A DNA stretch of 64,000 bases from contig VRVR01000011.1 of assembly GCA_009859145.1 (NCBI GenBank), forward strand, positions 74,097-138,096, read 5' to 3'. The stretch is from Andalucia godoyi And28. Lineage: Eukaryota > Protista > Jakobida. The notes under the pieces were generated by a model. That model saw only the letters and a list, made by a program, of their open reading frames with translations. It made no database searches and was not told where the DNA came from. Shown piece after piece: positions 20,745 through 30,642 of the stretch. The first letter of the stretch is position 1. Every line of letters starts with the position of its first letter. Position numbers and translations under genes: made by a program.

Positions 20745-21662
20745 ATGAAGTTTCTGGAAAACGCAGAGCTGTCTGCAATTGAATCGCAGCTTGATGGGCG
20801 TCCTTCGTTTCATTCATCCAGCACACTTCGCTGCAAAATCGAGTTGTATTCATGCAAGGCTGCCGGTGTGGATAAGAAGCTGGAAAAACTCCTCGACGAA
20901 AAGTTCCTTTCTGCAACCGTCACTACTGGAATATCACCGCCATCCACTACCTCACACTCGTTTTTGACAAGCACGTCGTCCACAGGCTCCAACTCTTCTG
21001 CATCCTCGTCATCCTCGTCATCGTCTTCATTAGCAGCCGCAGCTTCTGCTTCTGGCTACTCGTCGTCGTCCTGTTCCATAGCACATCCTTCATACTCGAA
21101 TGCCAACAACTCGATTTACAGTGCTGCGGCAAGCAGTAGCGGCAATGTAAATGCGCTTTATGGAACTTCGCCGTTTGGGCCACTGATGCTTTCGTCGAGC
21201 AGAAAGACACTGATTTATCTGATTTCCACGCTGAATGCGTCGTATCCAGACTATGACTTCGCGAATCTGAGACCTGACGACTTTGAAAAGCAGGTCGGGG
21301 TGGAGGCAGTGCGAAACACCGTGGCATGTGAACTTGTGGGGAACTTCATCACTGAAGACGAGGCACATTCGTTGTGGAGTGCGGCCGATGCAGCCGTGCA
21401 GTGCTCCGAGTGTGATGTATATGCGTTTTCAACAGATGACGCTGCTTTTGGGATTGAGGACGACGGGATTTGGTCGTATCATTACTTCTTCTATAACAAG
21501 GCGCAGAAAAAGGTGCTCTATCTGGCGCTCCAAGCGGTCGATGCCCACGAAAGATCCAGAGAGCTGATTGACGATGATGATATCGACGACAAGGACCCTT
21601 ATGCTTCGCAGCGCTCATTCGGGTTCGATGAAGATCTCAACGAGTCGATGGATATGGATTAA
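20745..21662 (+). CDS. MAF1: MAF1, repressor of RNA polymerase III
   Basis: MKFLE start, ELYSCKAAGVDKKL, SPFGPL..SSRKTLIYLISTLNASYPDYDF, WSYHYFFYNKAQKKVLY, acidic tail. Confidence 0.95.
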   Translation: MKFLENAELSAIESQLDGRPSFHSSSTLRCKIELYSCKAAGVDKKLEKLLDEKFLSATVTTGISPPSTTSHSFLTSTSSTGSNSSASSSSSSSSSLAAAASASGYSSSSCSIAHPSYSNANNSIYSAAASSSGNVNALYGTSPFGPLMLSSSRKTLIYLISTLNASYPDYDFANLRPDDFEKQVGVEAVRNTVACELVGNFITEDEAHSLWSAADAAVQCSECDVYAFSTDDAAFGIEDDGIWSYHYFFYNKAQKKVLYLALQAVDAHERSRELIDDDDIDDKDPYASQRSFGFDEDLNESMDMD

Positions 21663-21728
21663 TCTACAGAAAGCAGCTTCCTTGCCCCGTGTCCGCTCGT
21701 TCGCCTATTCACATGCATACGCACACAC

Positions 21729-21771
<43 letters not shown>

Positions 21772-21895
21772 TGATTGCGTGCTGTTGAAATTGTCGTATT
21801 CCGTACTGTTGGTGCTGCTGGTCGTGTGTTTCTGTTATTTCACATGTGATCGATAAAAGTTTGTACAGATTGCTGTTTGTTATGGTTTTCGCGAG

Positions 21896-22202
21896 CCGCT
21901 CGCCCAAAACATGAATCATGATTGGTCATCGGGCAAAGCGACAGGTCCAAGCCACATGTATTTATTTATTTATTTAAATATTTAGAGCGAGCACCAACTC
22001 TTCAATGCAGATTGCTCTGCATCAAAGAGCTATCGCAACCACGAGTTTCTTGGTTCTCGGCATCTTCGGGCATGGTCGGTTTGAGCTTGTTGGGAAGATC
22101 CCTCTTTGGAACCATGGGATGTTTTGGTTCCGATGAAAGGTGCTGCTTGGGGGTTCGACAATAATAATAAAAAAACTCAAACAGAAAGAATGATGGAAAG
22201 AA
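21896..22202 (+). repeat. Dispersed ~310 bp structured element, copy 2
   Basis: Near-identical to 5513-5821, same orientation. Confidence 0.9.
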
Positions 22203-22552
22203 AATGAACGTCAAGAACGAAGCAATTCTTTACAGATGAACAAACTTCCGATATAATGTTTGCTTGTTTGGTGTTCATACACAAAGCTGTCAACCGTCGT
22301 CTCTCACCTTCTTTTTCTTCCACCTTCTTCATCCATGCGTAGCGTGGCGCGTCTCCATAGTGTAGCAGACAACCCTTTACTGTTTGTTGCAACACGCTGT
22401 AAACGCGCACCATTGAACCACAGCTGCGTTTTCGCGGGTTTTTCTAGAAGGGGGAAAAGTCTCGAATCCCAGCGTGTCCATTTCCATTTTTCCTTGCATC
22501 TGTTTTTCTAGCTAATCCGAGGAGGTAGGGAGCAAAGAATCAGCCTGCGGTG

Positions 22553-23290
22553 ATGCTTGCGGTTGTCACTGGGGCGAGCCGGGGGATCGGGAGGAGCATA
22601 TGCAAGTCTCTTTCAGAAAGTGGGTACGTGATAGCTGCTCTGTCAAGATCCAAAGATACTACAGAGCAAATAGCACAAGAAGTGAAGGGGCATGCAGTGA
22701 TCTGTGATGTGCTCTCGTCGGTCGAAATTCAGCAATCGTGGAGCCAAATTGACGAGCTGAAGATCCCGCTTGGCTGTCTGGTCAACTGCGCCGGAATCTC
22801 AAAAGACGGACTGTTGGTCCATGCTTCAGAAGCCGATATCCTAAAAACTCTGCAAACAAACCTCGTTTCCTCCATGCTGATGTCTCGAGAGTTTCTTGCT
22901 CGAGCGATTCGTCACGCCGCGGACACGTCGTCCGTTCATCCAAAGTCCCGTAATCGCAGCATCGTGAACATAGGATCGGTTGTCGGTCTATGCGGAAATG
23001 TAGGCCAGTCGGTCTACGCGACGTCGAAATCCGGTCTTATTGGATTCACAAAGTCCCTTGCGAAGGAGTATGGATCGCGAGGAATTCGTGTGAATGCAGT
23101 GTTTCCAGGGTGGATAGACACCCAAATGACGCACGCAATACAAGCCGCCAGACGCCAAGAACTCGAAAAGCATATTGCGCTGAAACGATTTGGCAGTCCG
23201 GAAGAAATCGCCAGCGTTGTTCGATTCCTGTGTTCTGCGGATGCAAGCTATGTTACGGGACAGATCATCTCGGTGGATGGCGGATTGTAG
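22553..23290 (+). CDS. fabG: 3-oxoacyl-ACP reductase (FabG/CBR4-like short-chain dehydrogenase)
   Basis: TGASRGIG NAD(P)-binding motif, NCAGI, active-site YATSK (YxxxK), VNAVFPGWIDT, YVTGQIISVDGG. Confidence 0.9.
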   Translation: MLAVVTGASRGIGRSICKSLSESGYVIAALSRSKDTTEQIAQEVKGHAVICDVLSSVEIQQSWSQIDELKIPLGCLVNCAGISKDGLLVHASEADILKTLQTNLVSSMLMSREFLARAIRHAADTSSVHPKSRNRSIVNIGSVVGLCGNVGQSVYATSKSGLIGFTKSLAKEYGSRGIRVNAVFPGWIDTQMTHAIQAARRQELEKHIALKRFGSPEEIASVVRFLCSADASYVTGQIISVDGGL

Positions 23291-23434
23291 GAGGCGAAGA
23301 AAGAAACAAAACACAGAGGAGGGAGGGGGGGGGGGGGGGGGTGGCTTTACTTGTACAGAATGATTGGCGGGAAAAGTGTGGGGAAATAGATAAAGAATGC
23401 AGCGACGGAAGAAGCCTTGGGAAGGAGCGTGCAC

Positions 23435-25003
23435 TTAGACGGACGGGCAGCGGTGCAAATACGGGAGCAGTGATGGCTGTTTTCTTCGTTCTTCAATCAG
23501 TTTTCTCCGGTCCGCAGCATCATCGGACGGCACGGAACCTGCCGAATGCACTGCGATCGTGGGCTGCACGTGGAAATTCATCGCAGCTGTATCGGTGAGC
23601 TTCAATTGCTTGAGCATGTCTGCATTCACAGAGCGATGTGGCTTGTCTTCTTCAGAGGCTTGGCCAACCGCAAATGCGACCTTGGCCAACGACTGCTTGC
23701 TGTGCACACGAGACGCTGTTTTCGACTTTGAGAAGACAGACTTGACCAGGTTTGCCAGTTCCTTCTTGCGCTCTGCCTCTGATGCCTTCTCTGCATCCGC
23801 ATCTGCCTCTGCCATTTGTCCGTTCCTGCTCCGCCTCTTCTTTTCCACAAGTGCCGCAAGCATGCTTCTCTGCTTCTTGAGCTTTTCAAGTTTCTGTTTT
23901 CTTTCCAGCGTCGACTGCGGTGAGCTGATGGCGTCCAATGCAGGGTTGTGAGCAATCTTGACATTGTAAGAGTCGGTGTCAAGCCCGCCGTTCTGCACCA
24001 CAATCGGTATTTCACCGCTATCAGACACAGACGCAAAATCGGGATATGGAGACGAGGCTGCTTGTTCGGAATGTACGCCAAGCACCCGTTCCAACGACAC
24101 AATCTCGGCATCCAACGCGGAAATCTTGGATTCAAATGCATCGTATTCATCCACGAATGCATCATAGTTCAAACCTCCGACAAACTCCAGCAGATTTTGA
24201 ACATCATCTTCTTCAAACTCAATGTCCAAAGCAGTCGACTGCGCCGTTGACGGCCTATCTTCCTCGTCCGCGGCCCCAGCAGCGGTTGTTGATTCCGCTT
24301 CTTCTTTTGACAATGCCCACGCTGGCTTTCCTCTGCGCGTAGTTGTTGCGCTCGACAGGTTGCGCACTTTCTTGGCTTGCTTTCCCGAGAACGCACTCTT
24401 CTTCTGCGGCTGCTGCTTCGAAAGGTTTTGTGAAAGACTGCGGTCCGCAGCAGAAGACGGGCTTCCAGAACCCTTAATGTACTGATCAACGACAACGGAG
24501 CGTGTTGCAACTTCTACTCCTGCAACCGAATCTGGATCCCGGACGGCATTCTTGAGCACTTCGGCACCATTCTCCAAAAACACTCGACGCAAGCGTGCCT
24601 GATGTTCATAAAACCGTTTTCTTTTCTCCATCTTGAGCTGTCTTTCTTCCTCGGTAAGCTGCCCATGGGACTTTTGCTGGACTCCATTCAGCCAACGTTT
24701 ATGTCGCTTTGTAATGCTGTCCGTCGACTTGGATCTCTTAATTGTGTCCGATCGCCGAGTCATGGACTCGCGAGACTCACGAGAAGGACCCAGTCCATTG
24801 TCCGTTCGTTCCCACGAAGCACCAGCGGGAATAAACACATTCCGCAAAGGGTCCGAAACCGACGGTGCATTCCCGGATGATGTATTATTGTGAAGCATAT
24901 ATTGCGGATAAGAGTCGCCGGGACGATTGGACAGCATGACACCCTTGAAATGATCAAAGGGAGCCGACGCAAAGTCGTTGGAAGATGTTGAGCTGCTCGC
25001 CAT
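23435..25003 (-). CDS. Hypothetical coiled-coil/low-complexity protein with conserved-looking motifs (HKRWL, KPAWA, C-terminal LPYLHRCPSV)
   Basis: Long ORF, likely start MASSSTSS at 25003; no catalytic family recognised. Confidence 0.7.
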   Translation of the reverse strand: MASSSTSSNDFASAPFDHFKGVMLSNRPGDSYPQYMLHNNTSSGNAPSVSDPLRNVFIPAGASWERTDNGLGPSRESRESMTRRSDTIKRSKSTDSITKRHKRWLNGVQQKSHGQLTEEERQLKMEKRKRFYEHQARLRRVFLENGAEVLKNAVRDPDSVAGVEVATRSVVVDQYIKGSGSPSSAADRSLSQNLSKQQPQKKSAFSGKQAKKVRNLSSATTTRRGKPAWALSKEEAESTTAAGAADEEDRPSTAQSTALDIEFEEDDVQNLLEFVGGLNYDAFVDEYDAFESKISALDAEIVSLERVLGVHSEQAASSPYPDFASVSDSGEIPIVVQNGGLDTDSYNVKIAHNPALDAISSPQSTLERKQKLEKLKKQRSMLAALVEKKRRSRNGQMAEADADAEKASEAERKKELANLVKSVFSKSKTASRVHSKQSLAKVAFAVGQASEEDKPHRSVNADMLKQLKLTDTAAMNFHVQPTIAVHSAGSVPSDDAADRRKLIEERRKQPSLLPYLHRCPSV

Positions 25004-25656
25004 CCTATCTTTGCTCAACGAGGGATATCCAACTTTCTTGTGGACGAAAATAATAATCCACGCGAGTGCAATGGAGTTTTTTGAAAAAAAGGAATACACA
25101 CAACACACAGCAGGCAAACACGAAAAGAAGGAGAATAAAAGTGAAAAGATCTCTCCTCAGTTGGCAAATGATCCGGAACCCGAATGCGATGAAACAAACG
25201 GCTGCTCTACAGCCGATTTCTGAACCTTGCAACCACCCTCCAATCCAAACCTCGGTTCAGTACACGGGTTGCGTCGGATTCTTACATTCTTTTCTTTCGT
25301 TTTTTATGCATTTTAAAAAGTTAAAAAAAAGCAAAGAACATCAGTGCTGGCAGTGCGGAGGATGAAAGGGCCGTGCGTGTACGAACAGACTACCCTCACA
25401 ATCTCCCCGCAAGGTTATCGATGATGTGAGACACGTGAACTTGGAGTAGCGCAGAGGCAGAACATTTGGGGGATGCGGGGAGCATATGTGGAACACCATC
25501 GCATGCACACGAAATTCTTGGCGGATTTTGGCGGAGCTACCTATCAAATAATAATAAAAACAACCGGGGAAAAAAAAACAATGTAACCTTGGGGCGAGTG
25601 GGGCCACCATTGGGAGTGGGAGGCGGAGTGCGTGAAGATAGCAATCAGCAGTACAA

Positions 25657-25947
25657 TCAGGCGCGTCTCCACAGAAAGACCCGTGCAGCAGTCACCAATG
25701 CGATGCCTAAGCTAACAAACGAAAGATACCACATCCGGTTCAGCTGCCTCTCCGAGTCTTCCAGGCATTCGGTAACGTGCTCCATCTGCGCCGAAAGCTC
25801 CACAACTCGTCTGCGAAGCCGACTTAGATCAGACTGCACTGCCAGAAGATGCTGTCGCGCCACAATTTGCAGTTCGTCAACAGCAACCACATCGCCCCGG
25901 ACCATGCTTTGCGGCGCATCGTCATTCGACACACAACTCGGAGCCAT
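25657..25947 (-). CDS. Small tail-anchored coiled-coil protein (SNARE-like architecture)
   Basis: 96 aa; heptad-like segment LQIVARQHLLAVQSDLSRLRRRVVELSAQMEHVTECLEDSERQL, then C-terminal TM MWYLSFVSLGIALVTAARVFLW and basic end RRA. Confidence 0.5.
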   Translation of the reverse strand: MAPSCVSNDDAPQSMVRGDVVAVDELQIVARQHLLAVQSDLSRLRRRVVELSAQMEHVTECLEDSERQLNRMWYLSFVSLGIALVTAARVFLWRRA

Positions 25948-26430
25948 TGCGCTGTTCTATCCCTATTTTTCAACTGCTAAAACACGTCCGTATGGGCCCT
26001 TTCTTAAAGTGTGTACAACTCTTGAGAAGGACAAATTCCTCACAGGACGTTCCCACATGACTTCTCAGACTGAGTTTTTTTTTTTTTGGAGGGAGGGAGG
26101 GGTCGACTCTGTTGAGGTCTGTGTTCACTGTTTTTTGGCGTCGCAGCAGACGGATCCAAATTTGAGGATTGTGCGTTTACCAGGAAGTGCAAGCAATCCT
26201 TGCTCTGGTTTGTTGGTGGGTTTTCTCTTTTCTCTTTTCTCTTTTCTCTTTTCTTTTTTCTTTTTCTTTTTCTTTTTTTTCCTTTCAATCCTGGACAACA
26301 ATCTGCGCATGAAAATCGAAAGACATGCCGGGATAAACTCCAAAATCTAACGAGCGTACTTTGTTTTGAAACTGGATAGAAATCATTGTGGAAGAAAAGA
26401 CCTGAGACAGCGGCATCCCGTGTGTTTTTC

Positions 26431-29109
26431 ATGATAAAGAATTCGCGGGTTGCTTGCAGAGTGCGACTGCTGCTGCCGTTGTTGTTCTTTCAGTGCTGCT
26501 TCGTCGTTGTGCACGGACAGGTACCGTATTATCCGGGACAGTGTCCCGGGACATCCGAGTCGAGTTGTCTCTGTGCATTTACTTCTGGATATGCCTGTGC
26601 ACCAGGGTTTTACTGCCCTAACGCAGCGCTGCCGAATGTCTCGCATCCGTGTCCAGTTGGGTTCCTGTGCCCCCGAAACTCTGCGCAGCCGACGTTTTGT
26701 TGCAAAGGATATTACTGCCCTTCTCCCAATGAAATATACGAATGCCCAGCAGGATCGTTTTGCAAGCAGGGACAGGCAAAGCCATTCAACTGCGGCTGGC
26801 TCACTCTGTGTCCCGCTGGAACATCGGAAGGAATCAAGGTCGGTGCATATGTCATATTCTTCCTTACACTGGTTGTGATTTTTGGAATGTACCAACTCAA
26901 GGCGTATCAGGAAAAACGAGCCGGTCTGAAACGAGCTGTGTATCTTGAAACCTTGACGGAGCAAAATGAAGAAGTGTCCGATGTACATTCTCGTTCTGCT
27001 TCTGAATCGAGTGGCGCGAAACCGGCATCTGGAGACTCCGAGAATGGAGACGTGAACGTAGAAGCTGGCGCAAGTGCGGGGGTAGGCGTCTCGGTGCTGG
27101 AAAAGATGGACATCGAGTTCCAAGACTTGGGGCTGACCCTCCACAACGGAAAGACCATTTTGGCGAATGTTTCTGGTGTGCTGCGAGCTGGGCGTGTGGC
27201 GGCTATCATGGGTCCTTCAGGTGCTGGGAAAACAACGTTCTTGTCCGTTTTGAGCGGCAAGGTTAAAAAATCCAAAGGTGTCATTACGGTGAATGGAAAA
27301 GAAGAGAACAACGGGATTACCCGTTTTCGATCGTTGGTTGGGTACGTTCCTCAGGAAGATGTGATGATCCGCACAAGCACGGTGTACTCCATCTTGCGCT
27401 TCTCGGCGAACTACCGACTGCCCAGGAACGAATCGAAGGAACAGCGAAAACAAAAGGTATTCGATGCAATCCAGCTGCTCGGTCTGTCGAATGTCATGGA
27501 ATCTGTCATTGGAGATGAGAAAACGAGGGGTATTTCAGGGGGGCAGAGAAAGCGCGTGAACATCGGTATTGAGCTGGTAACAGATCCGAAAGTGCTGTTC
27601 CTGGACGAACCCACGTCGGGACTGGATTCTTCGTCGTCTCTCGATGTGTGTATGGCGCTGAGGCGCCTCGCTAGAACGAAGAACGTACTCGTCGCAGCCG
27701 TTCTTCATCAACCCCGATATGAAATCTTTGCTGCATTCGATGATTTGCTAATTCTCGGAAAAGGCGGAAGGACCATCTACATTGGAGCAGGGGAGGACGC
27801 ATTGCCGTACTTTGAGAGTCTCGGCTTCCATTGTCCACCTCGTGTTAATGCCGCCGACTTTTTGATGGACATTGCATCTGGAAAGGTTTGCAGAGAGCGC
27901 GAGAGCATACCATTTGACTCTTGCCTTCTTCCGTCACTGTGGGAAATGCACCAGTCGAACAAAAACCAGCTCGAGTCGAATCCGAAGACTGCAAAGGATT
28001 TTAATGGTGTCGAAAACGTCGTTGTCGAAATCCCCGGGACTTTGCAGTCGGCTTCTGCTGCAGTGACTTCTGATCGGCCTTCATCCACCCCACGAAAGCG
28101 AATGTCCGCAGAGAAGTCGTGGCTCCGTCGCCGATGTGATTCGCTTCGCGAATTTGTGAGGGACGCAAAGTCTGATGTTTCCGACTATGCTTCTGATCTT
28201 CGAGACAGTCTGAAGACTATGTTTACCAAGGATGAGTTTCGCCAAACTCCTTCTGCATTTGTCTTGCTGTGGCTGTGTTTCAAGAGATCTATGAGCTGTG
28301 CGTATCCTGGTTGGGGAAGGTTTCTTCGAGAGAATTTGTTGCATATCATGATTGGGCTGTTTCTTGGAGTCGTTGCACGACCCAACAAGTACCTTGGTCC
28401 GCTCCCGCAGTCCATGTCGATCGATCTCTGTCCATTCATGCTCCAGCAACTGTGCACTCTGCCTCTTTCCGACGGATACGAGCTCCTAGCTCTGTTCCTT
28501 TGCTGGGGTCTGTCCTTCGCGGGGGCCGCAACTGCAGTGAGCACTTTCGGCTTTGAGGAAGCAAACTATTTTAGAGAGGTCGGGTCTGGAATGAAAACCC
28601 TTCCGTATTACATTGCCAAGGCCCTCTCGGACATTCCGCGCGTCGGTCTTGCAGCGTTCTTTTTTGAGCTAGCCTATCTTGGAGTCTACGATACGAGTGC
28701 CAATATATTTGTACTGTACTCGATCGCACTGCTGCTTTATGCCAACGGCATAGCCATTGGATATGTGCTCACCACCGTCATTGGTGTGGGCCTGACGCCA
28801 TTGTTTTCCGTGGTGGTTACGCTGCTGTTCTCCGCCGTCCTGTCTGGCGGAACGAACCGCTTGCCAACCGTTGATTCCGAGTGGATGTGGATGTTCTCTC
28901 TTTCGTATGCGCGGTGGGGCATGAACGCGTATTATGTCTTGGAAGTCGAAAATTATGATTTTTACGATGTGGAGCGTGGCTACGAACTGTATGGCTACCA
29001 TTCCACCGATATTCCACGGTGTCTTGGCTACATGACCCTGATTGCTCTTGGTTGGCACGTGATAGCTTACTTGGTCATGGTCATGACAAACCGGTCCAAA
29101 AAGAAGTAA
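26431..29109 (+). CDS. ABCG half-transporter with signal peptide and Cys-rich extracellular N-terminal domain
   Basis: Walker A GPSGAGKT, signature ISGGQRKR, Walker B VLFLDEPT, C-terminal TM domain; N-terminal CPVGFLCP and CPAGSFC repeats followed by a TM helix. Confidence 0.93.
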   Translation: MIKNSRVACRVRLLLPLLFFQCCFVVVHGQVPYYPGQCPGTSESSCLCAFTSGYACAPGFYCPNAALPNVSHPCPVGFLCPRNSAQPTFCCKGYYCPSPNEIYECPAGSFCKQGQAKPFNCGWLTLCPAGTSEGIKVGAYVIFFLTLVVIFGMYQLKAYQEKRAGLKRAVYLETLTEQNEEVSDVHSRSASESSGAKPASGDSENGDVNVEAGASAGVGVSVLEKMDIEFQDLGLTLHNGKTILANVSGVLRAGRVAAIMGPSGAGKTTFLSVLSGKVKKSKGVITVNGKEENNGITRFRSLVGYVPQEDVMIRTSTVYSILRFSANYRLPRNESKEQRKQKVFDAIQLLGLSNVMESVIGDEKTRGISGGQRKRVNIGIELVTDPKVLFLDEPTSGLDSSSSLDVCMALRRLARTKNVLVAAVLHQPRYEIFAAFDDLLILGKGGRTIYIGAGEDALPYFESLGFHCPPRVNAADFLMDIASGKVCRERESIPFDSCLLPSLWEMHQSNKNQLESNPKTAKDFNGVENVVVEIPGTLQSASAAVTSDRPSSTPRKRMSAEKSWLRRRCDSLREFVRDAKSDVSDYASDLRDSLKTMFTKDEFRQTPSAFVLLWLCFKRSMSCAYPGWGRFLRENLLHIMIGLFLGVVARPNKYLGPLPQSMSIDLCPFMLQQLCTLPLSDGYELLALFLCWGLSFAGAATAVSTFGFEEANYFREVGSGMKTLPYYIAKALSDIPRVGLAAFFFELAYLGVYDTSANIFVLYSIALLLYANGIAIGYVLTTVIGVGLTPLFSVVVTLLFSAVLSGGTNRLPTVDSEWMWMFSLSYARWGMNAYYVLEVENYDFYDVERGYELYGYHSTDIPRCLGYMTLIALGWHVIAYLVMVMTNRSKKK

Positions 29110-29295
29110 CAGTGGAGACGCGGCTTCTCAATTCGATATTCACAGAGATAGATTACACGATATGCGAGTAGCGATAGCCTTGTTTTACTGTTCTTTTGTT
29201 GTTGTTGTTGTTGTTGTTGTTTAACTATTATTTTTTTTTTAAATTTTTAAACTCATTTTTATTTGCTGCTGTCATTCATTCTTTCATTCATTTAT

Positions 29296-29860
29296 CTAGG
29301 CTTTAATTCCAAGGAGCGATTGAACAATGTCAGAGGATGTTTTTCCCTTGACGCTGATCACTTGTTCTGCCCCGGAGGTAAACGTGACTTTGAGCTGAGC
29401 CTCTGCATTCGCAGCAGTGGACTTCAAAGGCGACAGCGCCACATTCGGATTGTGGAAGCGCAACGGAGCCAAGAATTCATACAGGAATTTCCTAGTTCAA
29501 TATTTCGCATAAAAAATCAACAATCAATCGTGGTTTAAATGGGATGGAAGAAAAAAGTAAGTCAGTGAAATGCTTGGAACGGGTGAAATGGCATCCTTGA
29601 ATGCATGTCGTGCTGTTAAGAATAATGATAATAATAGCAGTAGTAGTAGCAACAACAACAACGACAGCAGCCGCAGCAGCAACCATCATTGTAATAACAG
29701 TTATAGTAATTTGATAAAGAAACACAAACCTTGCACCGGTGTTTCCAGCGCCTTTCTTCGCATAGACAATCTGTACGGATTGGATGGATGACGGCAATTG
29801 TACCTTATTTGCAACAAGGTATTCAAGAGTTCTCGGGATCGACAACCTTCCAGCACTCAT
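29296..29860 (-). CDS. MRPS25: Mitochondrial ribosomal protein mS25 (L51/S25/CI-B8 family); exons 29860-29730 and 29491-29296
   Basis: Manual splice (donor GTTTGT at 29729, acceptor CTAG ending at 29492, phase 2) gives MSAGRLSIPRTLEYLVANKVQLPSSIQSVQIVYAKKGAGNTGARKFLYEFLAPLRFHNPNV...VISVKGKTSSDIVQSLLG, matching the mS25 pattern RTLxYL...GARKF...xNP. Confidence 0.85.
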
Positions 29861-30041
29861 ACTCGAGATCCAGTGCGTTTTCCAACCCAAAATTGCAGAC
29901 AGAACACAGAAGGAAAAAAGACGTCGAAAAAGCGTGTTCAGCCTCGCAGAAGGACTCGGATTTCACAAGCATCAAGAACGGAAAACGAGTTGCAAAAGTA
30001 TCAAGCATCAAGCCAAAGGATTCCAAAGTAAATATGCGACT

Positions 30042-30262
30042 ACGCCTACATTGTACACTAACCACGGATAATCATCGCTGATCACCCATAATCAATGCTG
30101 CAACCCAACAACATGCACAGCATGATCGAGAAGGGGGGTAGGCCCCAACACGCCCCTCGGCATGAGAGACGTTCTTAAGATAGATGCTACGTTGCATGGA
30201 CAATAAAAATAAAAAATAAGAAATGAGTGTCGCTGTGCGAGAATGCAGCGCGGCGGCGTGTT
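30042..30262 (+). ncRNA. Candidate structured ncRNA, locus B (homologous to 59021-59398 in the opposite orientation)
   Basis: Four collinear motifs shared with locus A plus hairpins; strand tentative; no known RNA class recognised. Confidence 0.45.
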
Positions 30263-30642
30263 TATAGGGATTTCATGATCAAAATGGGGCGAAACGAATC
30301 GGGCATCGTGTGACAGAGTTGCTAAGATAGCAAATGCATGCGGCATGGCGCGTGGCAGTGTTTTTGGTTTGCGTGCGCTTTCGATTGCTTCACCATATCG
30401 CAATAAGTGGCAACGATATATGAAAGAAGGATTTGTTCATTGTTTATTTTTCTTGTGGGGGAAACAGCAACTGGACGACTCAAACAAATTTATGATAGGT
30501 GAGAAAGAACGCAAGGGGGGAGAGAGAGAGAGAAGAAACATCTCAGTACCCAATCGGCATTCAATGGGGAAAAATGACAAAATGAAAAAAAAGCCAGAAG
30601 CCAAAAGACAAAAGACTCGAACATACGGCGCGCTTCAACAAG

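Noticed and set aside
25376-25386. GTGTACGAACA matching the repeat-flank block on the opposite strand
   Set aside because: One 11-mer chosen post hoc from a 60-nt block is not significant
25466-26350. 294-aa + strand ORF
   Set aside because: Runs through poly-T and microsatellite tracts and overlaps a more plausible minus-strand ORF; composition not protein-like
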